A stretch of 64,000 nucleotides of DNA from Anaerolineales bacterium (GTDB lineage: Bacteria > Chloroflexota > Anaerolineae > 4572-78 > NAK82), in assembly GCA_020343875.1 (NCBI GenBank), contig CP070811.1, forward strand, positions 4,882,310 through 4,946,309, written 5' to 3'. The translations under genes were made by a program, and so were the position numbers. Positions 44,501 to 54,518 of this stretch are shown here, piece after piece. The number at the start of each line of letters is the position of its first letter. Position 1 is the first letter of the stretch. The notes beneath the pieces are model-generated. The model worked only from the letters and a program-made list of their open reading frames with translations, was not told the DNA's origin and did not search any database.

Positions 44501-45607
44501 TCAACCCACTACCTTCATCCGAGTTCGATGGATCGCCTGGCCACCCTTCTCAGCCGCGCCTTTTGGCGGCAACGATGCTTCGTCTGGCTTGTCGGAAATG
44601 CCGAAAGTCAGCACCCCCGCATCTGCCATCCGCTGAGCAAGCCGGGCTACCTCACCCGTGACAAGGATTTCGCCCTTCAGCAGTTCAGCCTCAGAGGCAT
44701 CCTCAGGTAGACCATCCATGCGCGCAACGGTAGTGAAATACTCCCGATAGCGGAAGCTCTTGAACGGAGTCGGATCACCTTGCCGCAAGTTGGACGTCAC
44801 CTCGCGATGAGCCAGGGAAAGCCCCTCCCCCATGCGCTGGCTGCGACTATCACACAGGGTTACAAACTGGGTGAAGCCAGTCAGCCGCCCTGCCCCTAAA
44901 TCTGCCCACAGCTCGCCAGCAGGGAAGACGGCGCCCACCACCATCAGACAGATATAGGCCAGATAGTCCTGATTATCGGCAGTGAAATGGTGGTACTCTT
45001 GCTTGTTCAACTCATCGTAGACAGCCCGAAAGGCTGGCTCGTCGAAGTCACCGCCTAACAACTCTTCTACCGTCTGGCGCACAGCAGCTATCCGCGCGGC
45101 GTCAATCACCCCATCATTACGCCCACGTGCACCGATGAAGGTCTTGTCGACATCTATGAGCACTGCTGCCCGCTCATCGCAGGCCAATCCTTCACTCTCC
45201 ACCCAACTGGGGAAATCCGCCAGCCGCTCCCAGCGGTTGGCAATCATGAGCAATCCCTCATACTTGACCTGCTCCGCCTCTCCCAGACGATCGGCACCGA
45301 TGAAGCCACGCAGAGGCAGGTGGGCTGCCAGGTTGCGCGCCGCCGTCCCATCGTTCATATGGGTATCACCGATGAAAAGCAGGTTGCGCAACGGAGGCAC
45401 GCCGCGCGCCGCCTGGGCAGCCCCCACAAAGCGATAGACCGCGGCCGCATAGGCCGGCTCCGTCTTGCGCGGGACCCGATACGCCTCCAAGCCAATCTCT
45501 TGCCATACATCTCGCAGTGCCGGCAACGTCGAGTCCGGCGGCGCCAAGTTGCGATAGACAATCCGGTCGCCCAACCAATCAGCAAGAGTCCCTTTGGGAT
45601 GCATCAA
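44501..45607 (-). CDS. hypothetical protein, HAD-superfamily-like
   Basis: 368 aa with a DxDxT-like motif (LIDVDKTFIG) and a distal SDKPDE. No confident family. Confidence 0.55.
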   Translation of the reverse strand: MMHPKGTLADWLGDRIVYRNLAPPDSTLPALRDVWQEIGLEAYRVPRKTEPAYAAAVYRFVGAAQAARGVPPLRNLLFIGDTHMNDGTAARNLAAHLPLRGFIGADRLGEAEQVKYEGLLMIANRWERLADFPSWVESEGLACDERAAVLIDVDKTFIGARGRNDGVIDAARIAAVRQTVEELLGGDFDEPAFRAVYDELNKQEYHHFTADNQDYLAYICLMVVGAVFPAGELWADLGAGRLTGFTQFVTLCDSRSQRMGEGLSLAHREVTSNLRQGDPTPFKSFRYREYFTTVARMDGLPEDASEAELLKGEILVTGEVARLAQRMADAGVLTFGISDKPDEASLPPKGAAEKGGQAIHRTRMKVVG

Positions 45608-45628
45608 CCACTCCTATGGAAAAGCGCG

Positions 45629-46687
45629 CTAGACATTGATCATCCCTTGCGCCAGCATCAACTCAGCGTTGAGCACCGAGGCTCCAGCTGCACCGCGAAT
45701 GGTATTGTGACCCAAAGCCAAAAACTTTATGTCAAAAACTTCGCACGGGCGCACTCGCCCTATGCTGACCGCCATGCCCCGCCCAGCGTCCCGATCCAGG
45801 CGGGTTTGGGGGCGATCTGGCTCCGGCCGAACCACGATCGGTGGCTGGGGTGCAGAATGCAGATTCAACTGCTGGGGCAAAGGGTGCCAACTGCGCCATG
45901 CCTCGATCAATTGCTCAGGGGTGACCTGCTCGACCAGCGATACTGATACAGTCTCCAAATGTCCCTCCCGGGCTGGTACCCGGTTACAGTGCGCGCTGAT
46001 GGCGAAATCGGCCGGCTCAACGCTTCCCTCCTTCACCTTTCCGAGCATTCTGCGCGGCTCGAAGGATAGCTTGTCCTCTTCACCGCCAATGAAGGGGATC
46101 ACGTTGTCCAACGAGTCGAGGGATGGCACGCCTGGATAGCCAGCTCCAGACAGTCCCTGCATAGTATTGACCACAACAGAGCGCACGCCAAAGGCAGCGT
46201 GGATAGGTGCCAGCGCCATAGTCAACACGACTGCCGAGCAATTAGGGTTGGTAACAATGAAGCCCCGCTCCCACCCACGCGTATCTCGCTGAGTAGCGAC
46301 CAACGACAGATGGCCTGGATTGACTTCGGGAATAAGGAGAGGCACGTCGGGATCCCGCCGATGGGCACTGGCGTTGCTGAACACTCCGTAGCCTGCGCCT
46401 GCAAAGGCTTCTTCAACGGGCCCGGCCGGGGTGCCCGGCAGTGCCGAGAAAACCAAATCACAGTCAATGCCAGGGGCCGTTTCGCAGACGACCATATCAA
46501 TCACCTGTGGCGGCATATCGGCAGATAGCATCCAGCGGCACGCATCAGCATACCGTCGCCCGGCCGAGGCATCAGAAGCCGCCAGCGCCGACAGCTCAAA
46601 ATAGGGATGATCGGCCAACAGCTCCACAAAGCGCTGGCCTACAGCGCCCGTGGCACCCAATACGCCCACCCGAATCTTATCTCGCAT
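45629..46687 (-). CDS. asd: aspartate-semialdehyde dehydrogenase
   Basis: 352 aa. N-terminal Rossmann VGVLGATGAVGQRF and active-site NPNCSAV. Confidence 0.9.
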   Translation of the reverse strand: MRDKIRVGVLGATGAVGQRFVELLADHPYFELSALAASDASAGRRYADACRWMLSADMPPQVIDMVVCETAPGIDCDLVFSALPGTPAGPVEEAFAGAGYGVFSNASAHRRDPDVPLLIPEVNPGHLSLVATQRDTRGWERGFIVTNPNCSAVVLTMALAPIHAAFGVRSVVVNTMQGLSGAGYPGVPSLDSLDNVIPFIGGEEDKLSFEPRRMLGKVKEGSVEPADFAISAHCNRVPAREGHLETVSVSLVEQVTPEQLIEAWRSWHPLPQQLNLHSAPQPPIVVRPEPDRPQTRLDRDAGRGMAVSIGRVRPCEVFDIKFLALGHNTIRGAAGASVLNAELMLAQGMINV

Positions 46688-46705
46688 AGCTACTCCTCAG
46701 CGAAT

Positions 46706-48013
46706 CTACTGACTACTTTCTATGATCTCTTCAATCATACTCTGCACCGCGCCCAGCTCAGCCTCTACCGAAAAGGGGCGATTGGCATAAGCGGCATCAG
46801 GCCACTCGCCGGTATGATAGGCGAAAGTCGCAGTTGGGTCTTTGAGCAGGCTACCGGTCAGCACTGCCACCACCGTCTGATCGGGGTGGATGGTCCCCTC
46901 GGCAACCAATTTGCGCGTGCCGGCCACTGCTGCCGCCGACGCTGGCTCGCACCCGATGCCCACGCCATCCACCATGGCCTTAGCATCCATAATCTCGGCG
47001 TCGCTGACCTGAGTTACCAGGCCGTCGGTCCAGCCCATTGTGCGAATAGCTCGCTCGTAGCTGACCGGCGCGCCGATGCGTATAGCGGTGGCCACAGTCT
47101 CCGCCTGGAGCGTAACTCGCTCACGAAAGCCACCCTGGAAGCTCTGGTAAAAAGGGTTTGCCCCAGCCGCCTGCACCGCTGCCACTCGCGGCACGCTTTC
47201 AATTAGGCCTAGATGCTTCAACTCATACAGAGCTTTGCCAAAGGCGGCCGTATTACCCAGATTGCCGGCCGGCAGCACAATCCAGTCAGGTGGCCGCCAG
47301 CGGAAGCCCTGCACTATCTCAAAGACAATACTCTTCTGCCCCTCCAGCCGAAAAGGGTTGAGCGAGTTGAGAAGATACACATTTAACTCGTCGCAGACCC
47401 GGCGGACTAGCTGCATAGCAGCGTCGAAATCACCTGCCACCTGCAAGGTCCGCGCACCATAGGCCAATGCCTGGGCCAACTTACCAGTCGCGATTTTGCC
47501 GGCCGGGATGAAGACGATGGCCGGAATTCCGGCCAGGGCAGCATAGGCAGCCAGTGCTGCACTGGTGTTGCCCGTGCTGGCACAAGCCACCGCCTGAGCA
47601 CCTAACAGTCGGGCCTGAGTCACGCCCACCGTCATGCCCCGGTCCTTGAATGAACCTGTTGGGTTCTCTCCCTCGTGCTTCAGATAGAGGGCGTCCAATC
47701 CAACCCAACCGGATATGCGCGGATGATGATAGAGGGGGGTGTTGCCTTCTGGACGACTGACAATGGCATCGGCCATGACCGGCAAAATCAGCTCCCGATA
47801 ACGCCACACGCCGCTGTTGATAGTTGGCGCTACGTCCGGCGTGGGCGCGCCCTCAAGGCGCCCGTCGAAGAGATGCCGGTTAAGCTCTGGGCGCAGCGCT
47901 TCCAGGTCATGGCTGACGTCCAGCAAGCCACCACAGTCGCACACATAGCGCACCTGGTGAGTGGCATAAACAGCAGCGCAGCGAGCGCATTGAAGCTGGA
48001 TGGTCATAACCAA
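46706..48013 (-). CDS. thrC: threonine synthase
   Basis: 435 aa. N-terminal Cys-rich ribbon (CARC...CDCG) and the PLP lysine motif GSFKDRG. Confidence 0.9.
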   Translation of the reverse strand: MVMTIQLQCARCAAVYATHQVRYVCDCGGLLDVSHDLEALRPELNRHLFDGRLEGAPTPDVAPTINSGVWRYRELILPVMADAIVSRPEGNTPLYHHPRISGWVGLDALYLKHEGENPTGSFKDRGMTVGVTQARLLGAQAVACASTGNTSAALAAYAALAGIPAIVFIPAGKIATGKLAQALAYGARTLQVAGDFDAAMQLVRRVCDELNVYLLNSLNPFRLEGQKSIVFEIVQGFRWRPPDWIVLPAGNLGNTAAFGKALYELKHLGLIESVPRVAAVQAAGANPFYQSFQGGFRERVTLQAETVATAIRIGAPVSYERAIRTMGWTDGLVTQVSDAEIMDAKAMVDGVGIGCEPASAAAVAGTRKLVAEGTIHPDQTVVAVLTGSLLKDPTATFAYHTGEWPDAAYANRPFSVEAELGAVQSMIEEIIESSQ

Positions 48014-48141
48014 GCCCCCAGAATCTGGATGCCCAGAGTATATATAGAGGATATGAAAAAGTCAACGGCAATACAGCGTCTCCGTTGACCCCGGATCAGG
48101 GAACAGGCTCCCATGGAATCAGGACGCCAGAGGTCTTGCCG

Positions 48142-49308
48142 CTATGCCTGTTCCCCAATATCCATATTGCCAGATTCCTCAGCCTCCCAGTCCTCCCACT
48201 CATCGCCTTCCTGATCTACTAGTTCCTCATCCTCATCCGTTCCCAGGCGATATAGCCAGTACAAAAACCCACCAACCAACACAACCGCCCCCAGACCAGC
48301 CCCGCCCAGGCAGACTGCCCCCCCGCCCATCACTTCAAGAAGGCCGAGGAATGCAGGGGCTGGGGTTTCCGTTGCCGTGGGGGAAGGAGTTGGCGTCAGA
48401 GTGGGGGGCAAAGGCGTGAGCGTAGGCAATGGCGTGGCCGTATGCGTGGCCGTAGGCGGCACACTGGTCGGCGTGCTGGTTAGAGTTGCAGTCGTCGTTT
48501 CCGTAGGCGGTATCTCGAGAACCTCTGCCGTGGCGGTCTCAGTAGGGGGCAGAGGGGTGTCCGTGGGAGGAACAGACGTGGGCGTGGCCGGTACCGGGCT
48601 CGGCGTGGGCGGAATTGGGCTAGGGGTGGGTGGTTCTGGAGTTGATGTGGGCACCTCGCCAAGAGGTATCATTCCCACATCGTCAATCCAGAACTGTTCC
48701 TCCATCTGGAAGAAAACGTCAGGCACGAAGGAGAACTCATCCCGCCGATTTCGCCATGTGTCCTCAATGCGTACGAAAACAGTAATGGTTGAATTTTGGG
48801 CGACGGCAGAGACCTGGAATTCGGGGCAGATCTTGAACTCACAGCTCTCAAAGGTACGCCATAGATCCTGGCTCCATACCACAGCCGGCGACGCAGGATC
48901 GGTGCCCCCGGTTGGGTCAATACCAACCCGGCGCCCTACCGTGTTATCCAATTTGCCTGCTGGCTCATAAACCAGCCAGATGACGTTGGCCCAATAGGTC
49001 ACGCCTGGCACCGCTGGGGCCTGCTGATAGAGCCCACCTACAAACGAGCCGCTTGACACCAAAAAAGCAGCCGGGCATAGGGGTGAATGGCAAGCACCCC
49101 CATCGATGGTACTGAAGCTGACCTGACCGCTCTCGATAAACGTCTGCCAGCCACTCAGTCCCTGGCTGAAGTCGCAATTCTGCAGCACCTGGTTAGGACC
49201 TTCCAGGCAGATGTCTGGAAAGCCACCCTGGCCATCAACAGGCAACGGTTGGAACAAGGGTATTGTCAGCAGCAACAGGCAAAGCAAGGTGAAGAAACGG
49301 ATTTTCAA
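48142..49308 (-). CDS. secreted CBM_4_9-like domain protein with a long Pro/Thr-rich linker, a C-terminal TM anchor and an acidic tail
   Basis: 388 aa with a signal peptide. NCDFSQGLSGW resembles the CBM4_9 start. It has ~100 aa of PT repeats, then a Gly/Leu-rich TM and a DEDEE tail. Confidence 0.7.
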   Translation of the reverse strand: MKIRFFTLLCLLLLTIPLFQPLPVDGQGGFPDICLEGPNQVLQNCDFSQGLSGWQTFIESGQVSFSTIDGGACHSPLCPAAFLVSSGSFVGGLYQQAPAVPGVTYWANVIWLVYEPAGKLDNTVGRRVGIDPTGGTDPASPAVVWSQDLWRTFESCEFKICPEFQVSAVAQNSTITVFVRIEDTWRNRRDEFSFVPDVFFQMEEQFWIDDVGMIPLGEVPTSTPEPPTPSPIPPTPSPVPATPTSVPPTDTPLPPTETATAEVLEIPPTETTTATLTSTPTSVPPTATHTATPLPTLTPLPPTLTPTPSPTATETPAPAFLGLLEVMGGGAVCLGGAGLGAVVLVGGFLYWLYRLGTDEDEELVDQEGDEWEDWEAEESGNMDIGEQA

Positions 49309-49436
49309 CGCGGCTCTGAGGCTCCTTGGCTGAATGTACGCAAATCGGAAGTATACGCCAGCAGCCCATGAAAGTCAAAGGAGATTCTGAGAAGCTCGTC
49401 CCAAATTTCGGGGGCGTGACCGCTCAAGAAACTGTG

Positions 49437-49465
49437 TTGACAAAATCGCCCCTTTCCCCTAAGAT
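49437..49465 (+). promoter_or_regulatory. sigma70-type promoter TTGACA-N17-TAAGAT
   Basis: Read directly. About 45 nt upstream of the 49512 start. Confidence 0.55.
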
Positions 49466-49511
49466 GCATGAGCCGGTGATCCACTCACTCTGAACGCATT
49501 AGAGCGCGCTG

Positions 49512-51011
49512 ATGCTGTTGACTGCTTTGGTTCCTCCTGATCCCATCGCTACCTGGCAGGCTGCGGTGCCTCACGCACGACGGGCCGGGCTCATAATCTT
49601 CTTGTGCATTCTGGGCCTTGGCCTGGCCTGGCTTCCCCTGCCTCTGGCCGCCACCGCGTTGCTGGGGGCGATCGCAGCTGCACTGATCCTACTGCGCCCC
49701 AACTGGGGGTTGATCGCACTCGTCCCCTTCATCCCCTTTAGCTCGCTGGTCAGCCTGGATGTCGGCGGCGTCAGGGTGGGGGGTATGGAAGCACTGCTGG
49801 CTTTGATCCTGGTGGCCTGGTTGCTGAATATGGCCGCCCGGGGCCAGATCGTCGTTCCCCACCCACCGCTGCTCCTGCCTTGGCTGCTCTGGCTGGGCGT
49901 CCTTCTTCTATCCTGGTTGGGGGCCTTGTCGCTGGGCGCAGCCTTGACGGAAAGCCTCAAATGGCTAGAGATGCTGGCCCTTTACCTATTCATCGTCGCC
50001 AATGTCGAACGTCGCCACTTGCCCTGGCTGGTGGGCGCTATGTTGCTGGGGGGGGCGGCACAGGCCGCCCTGGGCATTTACCAATTCCTCTTCCGCATCG
50101 GACCAGAGGGTTTTCTCCTCTTTGGCGGACGCTTCCTGCGCGCCTACGGCACCTTCCGCCAGCCCAACCCGTACGCTGGCTACCTGGGTCTAGTTCTGCC
50201 CATCGCGTACAGCCTGGTCCTCTGGGGACTTTTGGACCGCCGCCAGTCACCAGCTGAGGCCTCGAACCACCCCCATCACCCGCTACGCTTTACGCTTTAC
50301 GCGTTGCTTTGCTTTGCTCTAATGCTGGCCGCCCTGTTCGCCAGCCAGTCGCGAGGGGCGTGGATCGGCTTTGTGGCGGCAATGATTGTAGTCAGCTTGG
50401 TGCGAGGGGGGCGAACGGCTGCCCTGTTTACCCTGGCGATCGCCATGCTGACCGGGCTGGGTGCCGCAGGCGGTTATAGAACCCTGATGCCCTCCTTCAT
50501 CAGCCAGCGCTTCAGTGACGTGCTGACTGCGCCCAGCGTCACAGATATCGCCACTATTGAGGTGACCGATGCCAACTTCGCCGCCGTTGAGCGGTTGGCC
50601 CATTGGGGTGCCGCCCTCGACATGTGGCGCGATCATCCGTGGCTGGGCGTCGGCTTTGGCAACTACGCAGTGGTCTATCCGGCCTACGCCGTTGGGCGCT
50701 GGCTTGACCCGCTGGGGCACGCGCACAACTATTATCTCAACGTTGGGGCCGAGACCGGCCTGGTTGGGTTATTGGCCTATGGCCTTTTATGGCTATGTGC
50801 TTTGGGTCTTGCCTGGCGAGCTGTGCGCCGCTCGGAAGGGTTTCAGCGAGCAATAGCCGCCGGCGGACTGGGCGTGCTCGTCCATCTCAGCCTGCATAAC
50901 ATGGTAGACAACCTCTTCGTGCAAGGCATGTATTTGCATGTGAGCGTCGTACTTGGCCTCCTATACCTGTTGCATAATACGGAAGTTGACAATCTAACAC
51001 ACCGGATTTAA
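49512..51011 (+). CDS. O-antigen ligase/polymerase-like (Wzy_C) polytopic membrane protein
   Basis: 499 aa with >10 TM helices. A conserved loop (SQSRGAW) and a distal HAHNYYL are typical of the O-antigen ligase family. Confidence 0.75.
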   Translation: MLLTALVPPDPIATWQAAVPHARRAGLIIFLCILGLGLAWLPLPLAATALLGAIAAALILLRPNWGLIALVPFIPFSSLVSLDVGGVRVGGMEALLALILVAWLLNMAARGQIVVPHPPLLLPWLLWLGVLLLSWLGALSLGAALTESLKWLEMLALYLFIVANVERRHLPWLVGAMLLGGAAQAALGIYQFLFRIGPEGFLLFGGRFLRAYGTFRQPNPYAGYLGLVLPIAYSLVLWGLLDRRQSPAEASNHPHHPLRFTLYALLCFALMLAALFASQSRGAWIGFVAAMIVVSLVRGGRTAALFTLAIAMLTGLGAAGGYRTLMPSFISQRFSDVLTAPSVTDIATIEVTDANFAAVERLAHWGAALDMWRDHPWLGVGFGNYAVVYPAYAVGRWLDPLGHAHNYYLNVGAETGLVGLLAYGLLWLCALGLAWRAVRRSEGFQRAIAAGGLGVLVHLSLHNMVDNLFVQGMYLHVSVVLGLLYLLHNTEVDNLTHRI

Positions 51012-51026
51012 GATTACGAGCTGCCT

Positions 51027-51539
51027 ATGTCTAGCCGGCAACGTTCTGACTCGCGGGACGAAATCTCCATACCAGTTGACGAGGTAACCCTATTGTCGAC
51101 CTTCTCGACCATTTTCACGCTCTACTCTGACAACCGCAAAGAATTTGTACGCTTTGTCAAGTTTGCCGCTGTAGGGGCCATCGGTGCCGTGATCGACTTT
51201 GGTGTCTTGAATCTGATGCACAAGGCCTTCGGCTGGCCCTTGCTTTGGGCCAACACGCTATCGGTCAGCGTTGCCATTCTGAGCAATTTCACCTGGAATC
51301 GCCTGTGGACTTACCCAGAATCACGAGCGCGGCGTAAGCGCAAGCAGCTCCCCAAATTCGCACTCATCAACTTTATTGGCCTGGGTATCAACAACTTGAT
51401 CGTGGTCGGGCTCGATGCCGTCTTCAGCCACTACATCCCTGACCCATGGGATTATAACCTGGCCAAAGTGATCGCCATCGGAGTCGTCCTCTTCTGGAAT
51501 TTCGGTGCCAACCGCCTGTGGACATATCGAGGGCTCTAG
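51027..51539 (+). CDS. GtrA-family membrane protein
   Basis: 170 aa with 4 TM helices. FVKFAAVGAIGAVIDFGVLN and the C-terminal NFGANRLWTYR are GtrA-like. Confidence 0.8.
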   Translation: MSSRQRSDSRDEISIPVDEVTLLSTFSTIFTLYSDNRKEFVRFVKFAAVGAIGAVIDFGVLNLMHKAFGWPLLWANTLSVSVAILSNFTWNRLWTYPESRARRKRKQLPKFALINFIGLGINNLIVVGLDAVFSHYIPDPWDYNLAKVIAIGVVLFWNFGANRLWTYRGL

Positions 51540-51687
51540 CATCGATAAGCAGCGGGGCGACAAGTCAACCAGAAGTGTGCCAACAAGTTAATCTTTAACG
51601 GGCAGTACATTTGCCTGCTGCCCATCCGTCTGCTCATAATTCGCTGCCTGTCACCCGTTACTCATCACTTTTGACCCGAACCCGACA

Positions 51688-52869
51688 ATGCGCATTGCCA
51701 TTGATTACACACCTGCCGTCCATCAGCGGGCTGGCATTGGCCGCTATACTCGCGGACTGGTAGAGGGCCTCGCCCGCCTGCAAGCCGACACTGCCCAGAG
51801 GGCACTCGGTACCTATGCGGGATTCCACGATTACACGCTGCTGGTACTGGGCAAATCCGGGGCACATTTCACTCCGAGCAAGCTGCCAGCCAATTTCAAG
51901 CTGCGCTATGCCCCCATCTCCGACCGATGGGCAACCGTCCTCTGGTATCGGCTTAACCTGCCCTTGCCGGTGGACCTTTTCACCGGCCCCGCCGACCTTT
52001 TTCACGGCCCCAGTTTCACCCTCCCGCCCAGCTTTTCCCCAAGCCTGCTGACAGTGCACGACCTGAGCTTCTTGCGATACCCCCAAGGAGCCCACCCGGC
52101 ATTGTTGGCCTGGCTAACCAAGGCCGTCCCGCGCAGTCTGCGCCGCGCCCGTCACGTACTGGCTGACTCGCAAAGCACTCGTGCCGACCTGATCGAGTTA
52201 ATGAACATCCCTTCCCAACGGATCACCGTCATTGGTGCTGGTGTGGAGAAGCGCTTCCAGCCGGTGGCCGATCCGGAGACTCTGACTCGCGTCCGCGCCC
52301 AATACCAGCTCCCCGAACGTTTTATCCTGAGTGTCAGCACCCTGGAGCCACGCAAGAACTACACTGGCCTGATTGCCGCCTTCAATCAGCTGTCGGCAGC
52401 CGGCGCCCCCTCCCCGCTGGCCGACCTACATCTGGTGATTGCTGGTGGCAAAGGCTGGCTGTACGATGACATCTTCGCTCGGGCCGAGGCATCCCCCGCT
52501 CGGGAACGGATTCATTTCGCAGGATTTGTGAACGACGAGGACCTGCCAGCCCTGTACAGCCTGGCCACGTTATTCGCCGTCCCCAGCCATTACGAGGGTT
52601 TCGGCATACCGGTGCTAGAGGCGATGGCCTGTGGGGTTCCGGTCGTCTGTGCCAACAACTCATCCCTGCCCGAGATCGCCGGGAATGCTGCGTTGCTGGT
52701 TGAAGCGACTGATATTGATGCCCTGGCCGGTGCCATGCACACTCTGCTAACCGATTCTTCACTGCGCGAAGAGCTCGTAAAGCGGGGGTTTGACCAGGCG
52801 GGAAGCTTCACGTGGGAAGCGGCCGCCCGGCGACTGCTGAAAGTATACCAGGATGTGGCTGGGGGCTAG
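51688..52869 (+). CDS. glycosyltransferase family 4 (GT-B, Glycos_transf_1)
   Basis: 393 aa with the C-terminal EGFGIPVLEAMACGVPVV motif. Confidence 0.9.
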   Translation: MRIAIDYTPAVHQRAGIGRYTRGLVEGLARLQADTAQRALGTYAGFHDYTLLVLGKSGAHFTPSKLPANFKLRYAPISDRWATVLWYRLNLPLPVDLFTGPADLFHGPSFTLPPSFSPSLLTVHDLSFLRYPQGAHPALLAWLTKAVPRSLRRARHVLADSQSTRADLIELMNIPSQRITVIGAGVEKRFQPVADPETLTRVRAQYQLPERFILSVSTLEPRKNYTGLIAAFNQLSAAGAPSPLADLHLVIAGGKGWLYDDIFARAEASPARERIHFAGFVNDEDLPALYSLATLFAVPSHYEGFGIPVLEAMACGVPVVCANNSSLPEIAGNAALLVEATDIDALAGAMHTLLTDSSLREELVKRGFDQAGSFTWEAAARRLLKVYQDVAGG

Positions 52870-52948
52870 ACCCAGCGCGACTTTACAAACCTGCCTCTTC
52901 AGGTTATCATACATTGCGCGAGCACCCCCTTCAACACACGGAGGCCCC

Positions 52949-53956
52949 ATGCCGGTGCTAATTCTGACCGAAGACGAAATCCGTCAAGCCATCTCCACTG
53001 CTGAGGCTATTGACGCCATCGAGTCTGCCTTCTCCGCGCTGTCACATGGTCGAGTCACTCTACCGGGCGTTATCAACTTCACGATACCGCCCCCATACCC
53101 GGCAGAGCCTCCGCAAGGCGATTCGCACGTCAAAGGAGCATACATCGCTGGCGCACTCGACTTCGTCATCAAAGTCGCCAACAGCTTTCCCAACAACCCA
53201 AGCTTGGGCCTGCCTGTCGGCAGCGGCTTGATGCTTGCCTTCGACGCCTTTACAGGTGCCTTGGATGCTATCCTGATCGACAATGGCTACCTCACTGATC
53301 TACGTACCGGCGCGGCTGGCGCGGTGGCGGCCCGCTACCTGGCCCCCGAAACTATCCGGCAAGCCGCCTTCATTGGCTCTGGCACTCAAGCCCGCTTCCA
53401 GTTTCGCGCTATCGCCACCGCGCGCCACATTTCATCGGTCATCGCCTGGAGTCGAAACCCGGCAAACGCCGAACGGCTGGCACGCGACGTAATGGACGAC
53501 CGTGGCTGTGACGCACAGGTGGCGCAAACCGTTGAGGAAGCAGTGCGCGGCAGTGATCTGATAATCACCACAACCCCCAGCCAGCAACCCCTCATCTCTG
53601 CCGAGTGGGTGCAGCCTGGAGCTACCCTGATTGCCGTTGGCAGCGATACCCCGCAGAAACAAGAACTTGGCCTCAGCGTGCTGGCGCGCGCCGACGTGGT
53701 CATCGCAGATAGCCTGAGCCAGTGTGCTGAATTCGGTGAGATTCATCACGCCCTGCAGGCTGGCGCTGTGACTCTCGACGACATCAGCGGTGAGCTGGGC
53801 GATGTCATTGTAGGCCAAATTCCGGGCCGCACCGCAGACGACCAGATCATTGTCTGCGATTTGACCGGTGTAGGCGTGCAAGATGCCGCCATTGCGGGCC
53901 TGGTATTAGAGAAGGCCCGCCTAAACGAACTGGGCTGGCGCCAGGAAGCACCATAG
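52949..53956 (+). CDS. ornithine cyclodeaminase/mu-crystallin family protein
   Basis: Starts MPVLILTEDEIRQAIS, with a Rossmann region FIGSGTQARFQ. I trimmed 32 codons from the track ORF; a GGAGG RBS precedes the ATG at 52949. Confidence 0.85.
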   Translation: MPVLILTEDEIRQAISTAEAIDAIESAFSALSHGRVTLPGVINFTIPPPYPAEPPQGDSHVKGAYIAGALDFVIKVANSFPNNPSLGLPVGSGLMLAFDAFTGALDAILIDNGYLTDLRTGAAGAVAARYLAPETIRQAAFIGSGTQARFQFRAIATARHISSVIAWSRNPANAERLARDVMDDRGCDAQVAQTVEEAVRGSDLIITTTPSQQPLISAEWVQPGATLIAVGSDTPQKQELGLSVLARADVVIADSLSQCAEFGEIHHALQAGAVTLDDISGELGDVIVGQIPGRTADDQIIVCDLTGVGVQDAAIAGLVLEKARLNELGWRQEAP

Positions 53957-53987
53957 CCCTGCAGAGCGGAAACTGTCCGCGTGATTA

Positions 53988-54518
53988 TTGGAGTCCAGGC
54001 CTTTGAAAGGCAAACGTGTAGAAGACAGTCAGATCACCCTGCATAATTATATGCTCCCCCAGCACGCCAACCCACTGGGCACCATCCACGGCGGCGTGAT
54101 GATGAAACTGGTGGATGAAGCAGCTGGCCTGTGCGCCATGCGTCACGCCCAGCGCCCCGTGGTCACCATCGCTATCGACTCGATGACTTTTCACTCGCCA
54201 GTGCGCGTGGGCGAAGTGGTATCCTTCAATGCCAGCCTCAACTGGGTCGGTAATACTTCAATGGAAGTAGGCGTGCGGGTCGTTGCCGAAAACCCTCTTA
54301 CCGGCGAGTGTACTCACACTACCTCAGCCTACCTGGTCTTCGTGGCCCTGGATGATGGCGGTCGACCAGTCCAGGTCCCACCTCTAACCTTGGAGACCGA
54401 TGAGGAACACCGCCGTTGGGCAGAGGCTGAAGCGCGCCAGAGTCGCCGCCTGGAGCGATCCCGAGCGAAGGTAGCCAACAAGGAGTCGGGAGTCGGTGAC
54501 AGACGATCAGAGTCATAA
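53988..54518 (+). CDS. acyl-CoA thioesterase (hotdog fold, YciA-like)
   Basis: 176 aa. MLPQHANPLGTIHGGVMMKLVDEAAG is typical of this family. Confidence 0.85.
   Translation: MESRPLKGKRVEDSQITLHNYMLPQHANPLGTIHGGVMMKLVDEAAGLCAMRHAQRPVVTIAIDSMTFHSPVRVGEVVSFNASLNWVGNTSMEVGVRVVAENPLTGECTHTTSAYLVFVALDDGGRPVQVPPLTLETDEEHRRWAEAEARQSRRLERSRAKVANKESGVGDRRSES

Noticed and set aside
48380-48680. Repetitive PTPSP/TPT-encoding DNA that looks like tandem repeats
   Set aside because: This is an imperfect low-complexity Pro/Thr linker within a continuous ORF (48142..49308). It has no regular repeat-spacer architecture, so it is not a CRISPR array or satellite.
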